Assembly: GCA_012103255.1 (NCBI GenBank)
Contig: WLXD01000003.1
Location: 14,576 to 78,575 of the forward strand
Length of the DNA stretch: 64,000 nucleotides
From: Acidobacteriota bacterium
GTDB lineage: Bacteria; Acidobacteriota; UBA890; WLXD01
Direction: 5' to 3'
Each line of letters opens with the position of its first letter. Within the stretch, counting starts at the first letter, position 1. The notes beneath the pieces were generated by a model. It had not been told where the DNA came from. It saw only the letters and a program-made list of their open reading frames with translations, and ran no database searches. Position numbers and translations under genes: made by a program. Shown one piece after another: positions 56,416 to 64,000 of this stretch.

Positions 56416-58136
56416 GTGTCGCTGAGTTTGTCGAGAACGCGTCTGGCCGTGCTGGGCATCACCTTTGGTGGTCTCGCACTGCGGCTCATCGGTATCGATT
56501 GGGGCCTGCCGCGCGTCGACCTGAACCCCGACGAACTCAACGTCCTGCAAATCACGGAGCGGCTGAGCTGGCAGGACCTGGACCCGTACCTTCTACAACT
56601 ACTCGGGTCTGACGTTCCACCTGAACTTCTTCGCCGGGGAGCTTGCCCGTCTCTTCGGGCTGTCGGCTGGATCCGCGAATCAACTGCTGATCAGTCGCCT
56701 GGTCGCAGTACTCCTGGGCACGTTGACGATTCCCGTGACTGTTCTCGCGGCGAGGGAGATCTATCGGTCGAATCGAGTCGCGCTCATCGCCGGAACGTTC
56801 GCGGCGATCACCCCCATCTTCGTGTGGGACGCGCACTTCGCGACCTCCGACATGGGACTTCTGTTGTGGACCGCTCTCGCCTTCTACCTGGCCACGGTCG
56901 CGGCAAATCGCCCTAGCCTGAAGATCTACGTCCTCGGCGGCCTTGTTGTTGGTTTGGCCATCGCCACGAAGTTCAACGGTGCGCTTGTGGGCACGAGCTT
57001 CATCGCAGCAAGTGTCATCGGTGCAGCACGCGGCCGCGTGTCATGGCAGGTGGCGACTCGGCTGCTGATCATCGCTGGGGTCCTTTCTCTCGTCGGCTTT
57101 GGACTCGCGTCGCCCTACAGCATCGAGCATCTTGGCGAGACGGTCGAGGCCTTCGCGTTCGAGACTCGTCACGTCTCCGGCGGCCATTTCGGCTTCGATC
57201 TGGATGCGGTTGGCTGGCAGTACACGAAGGGGATCTACCAGCTCGCCGCCGCGTTCCCGTTCAGCTTCGGATTCGCGCTCTACGCGGCCGTACTCGCGGG
57301 CCTGGTGGCCGCCATTCGCGTCTCGTCATGGCGCCAGACCCTACTGCTGCTGGCGTTTCCAGCCGCGTACATGGCGGCAACGACCTCATGGATCTTCGTA
57401 CCTCTGCGCTACTACATGCCGATCTTCCCAATGCTGCTCATCGCGGCCGCCGTCGGGCTCGATCGGCTGATCGGCGGCGAAGGCACTCGAAAGCGAGTTG
57501 GCATGACAGCTCTGGGCCTCGTCGTCGCGTACACGCTTGTGTTCACGGTCACATCGACCTGGCGATTCACCGAAGACACGCGCGTCACCGCGGCTCGGTG
57601 GCTCGAGGACGAGCTCCCAGCGCAGTCGCATCTTGTCTATCTGCAGCCGCGGTTCCAGATCTCGTACATGCCCGATCCCGATCGCCCCGACGTCCAAACG
57701 AGACGCATGGGCGTGCAGGGCATCCGGGCGGCGCGCAGCTTTGCGAGCACCGCCGCGGGCGACGGGCTGCTTGTCACCAGCGGCCTCACCTACCACCGCT
57801 ATTACCGCCAGGGCCGGCCGGAATGGCAGGGCATCTGGGACGCAGTGCGCAAACGATCCGGAGAACTTCGAACGCGTTCATACGTTCGACACGTGGTTCC
57901 TCAATAAATCGCTCTACGTCGCGCTCGACCCCATGTTCGACGGGTACTTCGTGTCGCCGACTATCGAGCTCTATCGACCCGCTGCCGAGGAGACACGGGA
58001 AGAGAGACGCGAGCGGCGCCGCCTCGAACGTGCAGAAACCCGGAGCGACGAGCGAAAAGACGCTCGTGGTGTCAATGCGCCGGATCAGGGTGCCGATCGC
58101 GACGCGAGCCCGGAATCCGCTGCAGGAGTTCCCTAG
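56416..58136 (+). pseudogene. GT39/ArnT-like (PMT_2) glycosyltransferase interrupted by two +1 frame disruptions (CCC at 56583-56585, AAA at 57851-57853)
   Basis: Frame 1: GITFGGLALRLIGIDWGLPRVDLNPDELNVL...QDLD. Frame 2 from about 56585: RTFYNYSGLTFHLNFFAGELA...TIPVTVLAAREIY...ATKFNGALV... up to ...WQGIWDAVR. Frame 3 from about 57852: NDPENFERVHTFDTWFLNKSLYVALDPMFDGYFVSPTIELYRP... to the stop at 58136. Removing one C and one A restores a single ORF. Confidence 0.7.
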
Positions 58137-59371
58137 CGCTCGACGAGTTCGAATCCGTAGTGCTGCTCGAGATACTCGACGAGCACCTCGGCGAATACCC
58201 GCGCGTAGGCCTGCCGATCTGACTCCGGTTCGCGGACGCCTCGTTTCGGGTGCTCCACCTGGATCGAGTCGATCGAGCCCGCCTGCAGTGATCCGTGTCG
58301 CACCGAGCTGTACCCGCCGTTGAAGTAGTCGGCAGAGCCGGGGCCCGGATCGCCCGGGCTCGGCACGGAACGGTACCCGCGCTGCTCCAGCAGCGCACCA
58401 AGACTCGCTGGGCCGCGTACCAGTTCCGCGATCGGCGTCGAGGTGGCGTCCGCGAGCGCTCGCATCGTGAAGCTCATCGGATCGAGATCGCTGTCGCCGT
58501 TGAGATCGGACGACATCAGCCCGTAGCCAAGTTCAACCCAGGGCGTCCGATGCCCATGCCCGTGGATATCGAGGTATAGCCCTCGGCCCCAGGTGTCCTC
58601 GACGGCCTGTCGCGCCGACTCGATGAAGCCGTGATACTCGCGCCACGCACCTTCCGAATCTGGATTTCCATTGGCGGCCTCGTCGACCGCCCGATTCGGG
58701 TCGAGCTTCGACCGGTGCAAGCGGCTGATCACCACATGGGGTCCTCTCCCGGTGACTTCCTGGAGCGCCGAAGCGATCAGTCGGGTGAGCTCCTGCGTGT
58801 CCGAGTCTCCAACCCCGTAGCCACGTGTGCGATCGGGGATCGAATCGGGCTTCAGCGCACCACCGTGGGGCGAACTCAGAATCAGCGGCAGCGCCCCGAC
58901 GGTGAACTCCACATATTCGTTCTCGCCCAACATCACGTCGCCGGGTGCTAGCGGGCCGATATCCGCCGTGGGGGCAGTGGGCGGCGTGATCCCGGGGGGC
59001 AACATCTGAATCCGACCTGAGTTGCCAAGAGCGTCGGCACATGTGCCCGCATAGCTGGCGTCCTCGCGACGGTCGAGCGTGCACGAGAGCCGTACACCAG
59101 GGCGCCAGGCGAACGTGAGTTGTCCGCCGCGCAGCGCAAGGTCCTCCACCGGAATGTCCCCACGTTCGGGCACACGCATCACACCGGAATATCCCTGGCC
59201 GTCCGCGCTGACATCGAGTGGCACTTCGACGGACATGCCGTCGGGCGAGTCGATCACTGCGATCCAGGTCCCGACGGCGAGGTCTTGCGAACCGGGTGGC
59301 TCCATCACCCAGAACACCGCCGACCCGGCGAGCAGAAGCGCGAGCCCCCATTTGCACATCATCGAAGTCAT
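58133..59371 (-). CDS. exported N-formylglutamate amidohydrolase (FGase)-family protein with an extra N-terminal domain
   Basis: Signal MTSMMCKWGLALLLAGSAVF, then an N-terminal beta-rich domain of about 150 aa, then LILSSPHGGALKPDSIPDRT...VVISRLHRSKLDPNR...WREYHGFIE...GLYLDIHGHGH, matching the FGase (PF05013-like) pattern. Confidence 0.5.
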   Translation of the reverse strand: MTSMMCKWGLALLLAGSAVFWVMEPPGSQDLAVGTWIAVIDSPDGMSVEVPLDVSADGQGYSGVMRVPERGDIPVEDLALRGGQLTFAWRPGVRLSCTLDRREDASYAGTCADALGNSGRIQMLPPGITPPTAPTADIGPLAPGDVMLGENEYVEFTVGALPLILSSPHGGALKPDSIPDRTRGYGVGDSDTQELTRLIASALQEVTGRGPHVVISRLHRSKLDPNRAVDEAANGNPDSEGAWREYHGFIESARQAVEDTWGRGLYLDIHGHGHRTPWVELGYGLMSSDLNGDSDLDPMSFTMRALADATSTPIAELVRGPASLGALLEQRGYRSVPSPGDPGPGSADYFNGGYSSVRHGSLQAGSIDSIQVEHPKRGVREPESDRQAYARVFAEVLVEYLEQHYGFELVER

Positions 59372-59648
59372 CAGGAATCCCCTGTCCTCGCCCCGTCACA
59401 GACGGCGGTCGAAAGTTCGGCACTGGTTGCAGCTTGCCCCTGTCTAGCCTGACTCGGCAAGCGACAGAGCCACAGGGTTTCATGAGGAATCCACGGGCTG
59501 TCGGGTGCGCCGGCCAGGCGGGGCCGGCCCCCCGATTCACAGCTACCGGGCAGCGAAAATGAGCTGGAACTTTCTTTGCGACACTCCGTACTCTACATTG
59601 TGACGATTACATCGTGACAATGGAATCGACCTTCCCCGGAGCATCCCG

Positions 59649-60449
59649 ATGAATCTCTTCAAGCCCCGTTCAGCTGCCCTGTCCATGAGTCGATTGTTCG
59701 TCGCCGCGAGCGTGATCTTCATGACTCTGCCCGGTATGGCTCGCGCCCAACATGGCGGCATCCTCGAGGTTCCGCTTGCCATGTCGATGAACCACCTTGC
59801 GGTACCGGTAATGGCGGCCGATGGAACTGAGCTCCAGTTCATGCTCAGCACGGGAACACCGTCGACGCTCATCTCCGAGTCCGCTGCGGCCAAAGGCGCG
59901 ATCGCAGATCTCATGATGGCCGGTCTGCCGATCGGCAACGACGCGCAGGTGATTCCGGACGCGAACCTCGAGGTGGACGGACACCAGTTCGACGGGATCG
60001 TCTCGGCTAGCATTCTGTCCAGCTACGATGTGTTGCTGGACGTGCCGAAGGGTCGCATGATGATGCGGCCTCTGGGCCCGCCGGCAGAGTGGCAGGGTGT
60101 GGAACTTGGTGAGCCGGTCGCGCTGCGGATCTTCCATGGATTCGTCATGGCTACCGATCTGCAACTCAACGGGCACGACTACATGGCGCAGTTCGAAATC
60201 GGCATCAACAAGGTGATCGTGAACGAACCCGTGACACAGACGCTCGGCTTTGAAGGCGAGACCATCGGCGCGGTGACTGTCGCGGGGCGCGAGTTTGGCG
60301 GCTTGCCCGTGAGCCACATGGAGATCGACGTGTTCGAACGTTGGGATCCGGACGGCAATGGTTTCGTACTACTAGGAGCTCCGATCGCCAGAGACTGCGC
60401 GATCGCGATCAGCTGGATTCGGGCTGAACTGCAGGTGTGCGCACAGTGA
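59649..60449 (+). CDS. exported hypothetical protein, possibly a two-lobed retropepsin-like fold lacking catalytic Asp
   Basis: Signal ...LFVAASVIFMTLPGMARAQ. LQFMLSTGTPSTLISESAA sits where aspartyl proteases have D-T/S-G-A. A second similar segment reads AQFEIGINKVIVNEP. The fold assignment is tentative. Confidence 0.4.
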   Translation: MNLFKPRSAALSMSRLFVAASVIFMTLPGMARAQHGGILEVPLAMSMNHLAVPVMAADGTELQFMLSTGTPSTLISESAAAKGAIADLMMAGLPIGNDAQVIPDANLEVDGHQFDGIVSASILSSYDVLLDVPKGRMMMRPLGPPAEWQGVELGEPVALRIFHGFVMATDLQLNGHDYMAQFEIGINKVIVNEPVTQTLGFEGETIGAVTVAGREFGGLPVSHMEIDVFERWDPDGNGFVLLGAPIARDCAIAISWIRAELQVCAQ

Positions 60450-60772
60450 GCAACGACTACCTGGGCGAATTCGAACAGATGGTGCTGCTGTCGATCATGC
60501 GGCTCACCGATGACGCCTACGGCCTCGCCATCCGGCGTGAACTCGAGTCCGTCGCCGGGCGCAAGCCGTCTACTGGTGCCCTCTATACGACTCTCGATCG
60601 ACTCGAGAAGAAGGGCCTCGTGCAGTCATCGGAGGGCGAGTCCACCCAAGAACGGGGTGGACGACCACGCCGATACGTCGCCCTGACCGACGAGGGCCAC
60701 GCAGCATTGGCGCGTTCGCGCTCACGCCTGATGGCCCTCTGGGATGGGCTCGAGAGCGCGCTCGACCGATGA
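60437..60772 (+). CDS. PadR-family transcriptional regulator
   Basis: LGEFEQMVLLSIMRLTDDAYGLAIRRELE...GALYTTLDRLEKKGLV. Start is GTG at 60437 or at 60446 (GTGA overlap with the upstream stop). Confidence 0.85.
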   Translation: MRTVSNDYLGEFEQMVLLSIMRLTDDAYGLAIRRELESVAGRKPSTGALYTTLDRLEKKGLVQSSEGESTQERGGRPRRYVALTDEGHAALARSRSRLMALWDGLESALDR

Positions 60773-63366
60773 GTGGACACTCGCCGCCACGATGGCTGGA
60801 ACGCGTAGTCGCCTGGGCCCTGCCCAAGGGTTTGTCTCAACAGGGCTCCCTGGGAGACCTCGCCGAGGAGTTCGAGGAGCGCGCAGGTGACTCGCCAGCC
60901 CGAGCGCACCTCTGGTACGCACTCCAGACGGTCTCGATAGCGAGCTACCGCCCGTTGCGCAGACGCCCGGACCGCAAGCGCAACTTGGATCTCCGTCCCG
61001 ACTTCCGCTGGGCAATCCGTTCGCTCGTTCGACGCCCTGCGTTCGCGCTGGGGGTGGTGGCGGTTCTGGGACTCGGGTTGGGCGCCAACGTTGCCGTGTT
61101 CACCGTCGTGGACGGCACCCTGGCCAACGCGAGCTGGTGGGCCAAGCCCGATCGTACGCTGCTGATCTGGCCCGGGAATCACTTCTCGCTCGGCCAGCTC
61201 GAGATGATGGGCCGAGAGCAGACCGTGTACGACGCCGTCGGCGGCTATATCGAACTAGCGCTCGCACTCGAAACAGCGGACGGCGAGAGCGATAGCGTGA
61301 ACGGCGCACTGATCACGCCGGCGCTATTCCGCGAACTCGCCGCGCAGCCGACCCGCGGCCGAGCCCTGAGTGACGACGACGGGTATCTGGGCGTGGAACG
61401 AGTCGCTGTGATCAGCGACCGCGTCTGGCGTCGCACCTTCGGCGCAGATCCGGACGTCATCGGAAGCCGCATCACGGTAGGCGGAACCCCGGCGACGGTC
61501 GTGGGCATCCAAGCGGCTGGCGGCCACGCGCCGGGCGGCCGAACGGATGTGTGGATTCCTCTCTGGCACGATCCGCGCGACGACGACTACTGGAAGGACC
61601 ACTCGTATACCTTGCTCGGAGTGCTCCGCGAAGATACGACCATCGACGATGCGAGCGCGGACCTGACCGCATTTACCGACACGCTCGCCGAGACGTTCCC
61701 CATGTTCTTCCGTGGCGACTGGGCCTCCTCCGCACACGTCGATCATGCGTATGCCGCACAGCGGCAGCTGGTCACGACGCCACTCCTCCTTCTTCTTGCC
61801 GGCACAGCCCTGCTCGTGCTCGTCACCGCGCTCAATGTCGGGAACCTCCTCCTCGGACGCGCGATCGAACGCCGTCCGGAGCTCGCTGTTCGCGTGTCGC
61901 TCGGCGCCACCCGGGGGCGAATTGTTCGCCAGCTGCTGATCGAGGGCATGGTGTTGACCGCGTCAGCTCTGGCGCTTGGACTCCTCGTGGCAGCCGTCGG
62001 TGGCCAATGGATCGCCGCGCTGTTTGTCGAGCAATCCGTGGTGGGCCATAGCAGTGTGTTTGCATCCAACGTCGTTGGATTCGCGCTGGCGGTGGCGGCA
62101 GTGGTCTGGGTCGTCTTGAACGGTGTCCCGGTGCTCCACTACCTGCGAACCCACGGGGCTCGAGCCAATGTGGCACCCACGTCGGGCCGTTCAGTTCAAC
62201 GCGCCACGGTTGTGATTCAGGCGGCGCTCGCAACTCTTCTGCTCGTGTCCGCCGCGCTGCTCGTCGTCACGGTAGACAACCTGCGTTCCGTCCCACTCGG
62301 TTTCGATCCGGGCGAGCTGGTGGCGATCGAGCTCTCACCGCCACAAGACCGAGTTGCTACCACCACCCAGGCCCGCGACTTGTACGAGCGGCTATCGGCT
62401 TCGGTGGGTGCTCTCTCGCAGGTCGAAGCCGTCGGTCTCACCGGATGGCTGCCGCTACGAAAGCAGGCGCCAACCACGCCGATCAACATGGAAGACGCTC
62501 CCGTCGATGTGCGCGAGGCTCTCCGGGTCCCGAAGCACCACGTCGATTCCGAGTTCTTCCACGTCCTCGACGTTGAGCCGCTCGACGGCCGTCTACTCGG
62601 CACCGAGGAACGCGCGGACGAACTACCGAGCGCGGTAGTCATCAACGCCACACTCGCGGAGATGCTCTGGCCGGGCGAGTCAGCGGTGGGGCGCCGCATC
62701 GCGATCGATCCGCATGAATGGGACACCTGGACGCCAATCGTGGGGGTCGTTCCCGACATTCGATCGGGACCCATCACCGGGCCCGTGGGCCCCGCGATAT
62801 ATGTGGCGCTCGCCGAGGCTCCTGCCCGGGATGTCACTCTGGTTGTACGCACGGCCGGGGCCACGACCGCGGCGATTCCGGAAATCCGCAGGGCGATACG
62901 CGGGGTGGATGCACTGGTGCCGGTGCGCACGGTCACGGACATGACTTCCGTGGTGAGAGCGGCCTACGCCACCGCCTGGGTCATGATGGGACTCCTGCTG
63001 GTGCTGGCGATATTCGCCAGCGTATTGGGAGCCGTCGGCATCTACGGCGTTCTCGCTCACCACGTGTCACTCAGCCGCAAGGAACTGGCCGTACGGATGG
63101 CCCTCGGCGCACGTCCTGGAACCGTAGTCGGTGGCGTGGTTCGAGCAGGCCTCCGGCTCGCTACGATCGGCATCGTTCTCGGCAGCCTGGTGGCAGCGAT
63201 CTCCACCCGCTTCCTGGAATCCCTGCTCTACGAAGTATCTGCACTATCGCCGGCGGCGTTCGTTGCCCCGGCGCTGCTCCTGGCTCTCGCGGCCGCCCTC
63301 GCCGCCTGGATCCCGGCCGCCCGCGCGGGGCGCACGCCACCTGCGGAAGTCCTTCGCGACCAGTAG
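60769..63366 (+). CDS. ADOP-type duplicated MacB-like/FtsX permease
   Basis: ATGA overlap with the PadR gene. 865 aa, two FtsX modules. Ends ...PPAEVLRDQ. Confidence 0.85.
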   Translation: MSGHSPPRWLERVVAWALPKGLSQQGSLGDLAEEFEERAGDSPARAHLWYALQTVSIASYRPLRRRPDRKRNLDLRPDFRWAIRSLVRRPAFALGVVAVLGLGLGANVAVFTVVDGTLANASWWAKPDRTLLIWPGNHFSLGQLEMMGREQTVYDAVGGYIELALALETADGESDSVNGALITPALFRELAAQPTRGRALSDDDGYLGVERVAVISDRVWRRTFGADPDVIGSRITVGGTPATVVGIQAAGGHAPGGRTDVWIPLWHDPRDDDYWKDHSYTLLGVLREDTTIDDASADLTAFTDTLAETFPMFFRGDWASSAHVDHAYAAQRQLVTTPLLLLLAGTALLVLVTALNVGNLLLGRAIERRPELAVRVSLGATRGRIVRQLLIEGMVLTASALALGLLVAAVGGQWIAALFVEQSVVGHSSVFASNVVGFALAVAAVVWVVLNGVPVLHYLRTHGARANVAPTSGRSVQRATVVIQAALATLLLVSAALLVVTVDNLRSVPLGFDPGELVAIELSPPQDRVATTTQARDLYERLSASVGALSQVEAVGLTGWLPLRKQAPTTPINMEDAPVDVREALRVPKHHVDSEFFHVLDVEPLDGRLLGTEERADELPSAVVINATLAEMLWPGESAVGRRIAIDPHEWDTWTPIVGVVPDIRSGPITGPVGPAIYVALAEAPARDVTLVVRTAGATTAAIPEIRRAIRGVDALVPVRTVTDMTSVVRAAYATAWVMMGLLLVLAIFASVLGAVGIYGVLAHHVSLSRKELAVRMALGARPGTVVGGVVRAGLRLATIGIVLGSLVAAISTRFLESLLYEVSALSPAAFVAPALLLALAAALAAWIPAARAGRTPPAEVLRDQ

Positions 63367-63385
63367 GACCATGGGCGCGGCCGGC

Positions 63386-64000
63386 TCACCGTGAGCCGGT
63401 CGCAAACTCGATGCGTTGATCACGGCAGATGGCCTCGTCGTCGGGCAGATTGGTGGTCACCAGGAAGTCCTCGACGACTTCTCGGGCGCAACCGGCGCCG
63501 GCTCCATGTCCAGCGTCGCCGACAACCAGATGCGCGCTGTTCGGGAAGCTCTTCCGAGCCAACTCGGCCGCGGCGTCCGGAGTCGTCGGGTCGTAGCGAC
63601 CTGAAAGCAGTAGTACCGGAATGTCGGAACTGAACGGCCGGTACCAGTCCATTGGAGCGGGCTCCACGGGCCAGGCATCACAACCAGCCTGGTATTGCCG
63701 CATGAGGTAGTCGCCGAGCAACGTGCCGGCTGTTGCTGCCAGCGCGTCGACGTCCGACAGACGCGGCACGTCCTCGCGACAGTAGACGGAGAGATGCAGC
63801 CCGAGACTCAGCGCCTCGCCGAGGATCGCCGCGGAGCGGCCGTACAGAGCCTGCGCGAAGTAGCTGTAGTTCGCCGTCTCGGCTGCGTGGTGGATCTCTG
63901 CAGGAAGGTCCGCGACGCGACGCGGGTTGTATAGCGCTCCCCGCACGGCATAGGCGAGGTCGCCGCGATGGAAAGGCACTGTCTGTTGGTCACCGCCGAT
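63386..64000 (-). CDS. alpha/beta hydrolase (C-terminal part; 5' end probably beyond the window)
   Basis: ...VLLLSGRYDPTTPDAAAELARKSFPNSAHLVVGDAGHGAG... is a typical C-terminal alpha/beta-hydrolase segment with the catalytic His region. The frame stays open from the ORF-track start (63979, a GTG) to the window end. Confidence 0.6.
   Translation of the reverse strand: MGGDQQTVPFHRGDLAYAVRGALYNPRRVADLPAEIHHAAETANYSYFAQALYGRSAAILGEALSLGLHLSVYCREDVPRLSDVDALAATAGTLLGDYLMRQYQAGCDAWPVEPAPMDWYRPFSSDIPVLLLSGRYDPTTPDAAAELARKSFPNSAHLVVGDAGHGAGAGCAREVVEDFLVTTNLPDDEAICRDQRIEFATGSR

Noticed and set aside
54919-56550. 543-aa ORF-track version of the cyclophilin gene
   Set aside because: Only the C-terminal ~298 codons look like a signal peptide plus cyclophilin. 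The N-terminal extension is Arg/Pro-rich and overlaps a convincing 4-TM protein in another frame (55809..56234), whose stop overlaps a GTG start at 55812.
59509-59528. GC hairpin GCCGGCC-AGGCGG-GGCCGGC in the 277-bp region between divergent genes
   Set aside because: It has no U-tract and is not downstream of any gene on either strand. Such short GC palindromes are frequent in high-GC DNA.
57043-59540. ORFs 57043..58323 (+, 426 aa) and 58533..59540 (-, 335 aa)
   Set aside because: Their translations are extremely Arg-rich. They overlap the GT39 and FGase-family frames, which have recognisable motifs.
47946-59620. Heptamer TTGTCAC (47946-47952) shared, as its complement GTGACAA (59614-59620), between two PadR-associated promoter regions
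   Set aside because: A single shared 7-mer between two regions of about 100-200 bp on both strands is expected by chance, so it is not evidence of a common operator.
1-64000. Search for tRNA, rRNA, tmRNA, RNase P, CRISPR repeats, IS elements, integrases and phage genes
   Set aside because: By eye I found no T-loop GGTTCGAATCC-like motif outside coding context, no regularly spaced direct repeats, and no transposase- or integrase-like translation. Absence by eye is not proof; tRNAscan, Infernal and ISfinder-type searches should confirm.

Overview
Gene-dense, high-GC bacterial chromosomal segment (roughly 60-65% GC by eye). I saw no rRNA, tRNA, CRISPR array, transposase or integrase. All calls come from motif and domain recognition in the supplied translations plus manual inspection of start sites; no database search was possible. 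Several ORF-track starts are GTG or TTG shown as M, and I re-set many starts using signal peptides, Shine-Dalgarno spacing and gene overlaps.

Content is dominated by envelope and exported functions:
- A MacA / ABC ATPase / MacB-type efflux operon next to an OmpR-type two-component system.
- Four ADOP-type duplicated FtsX 'orphan' permeases of about 830-895 aa. Three are translationally coupled to PadR regulators, and two of those modules are divergent.
- Five paralogous six-bladed beta-propeller (NHL-like) lipoproteins.
- A gldA/gldF/gldG-like cluster plus a DUF4340 gene.
- A GWxTD protein overlapping a membrane GAF-PP2C (SpoIIE-type) phosphatase.
- A TonB-dependent receptor, OPT and MFS transporters, ferritin, two tandem exported methyltransferase-like lipoproteins, and two membrane-anchored ToxR/CadC-like winged-helix regulators.

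This gene mix suggests a Gemmatimonadota- or Acidobacteriota-like organism (inference only).

Most interesting observations:
1. A same-strand cluster of an HExxH protein, two tandem propeller lipoproteins and a sensorless tail-anchored wHTH regulator. A second HExxH-plus-propeller adjacency occurs elsewhere in the window.
2. The PadR-ADOP modules, including one preceded by a possible catalytically dead aspartyl-protease-like exported protein, and an AT-rich divergent control region with palindromes.
3. An exported protein with an RGG-type Gly/Arg repeat, divergent from the two-component system.
4. Three +1 frame disruptions in two otherwise intact genes (proline dehydrogenase and a GT39 glycosyltransferase). 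Two of them sit in homopolymers, so they may be sequencing artefacts rather than pseudogenes.
5. Four convergent gene pairs whose stop codons overlap in a CTAG or TTAG tetranucleotide.
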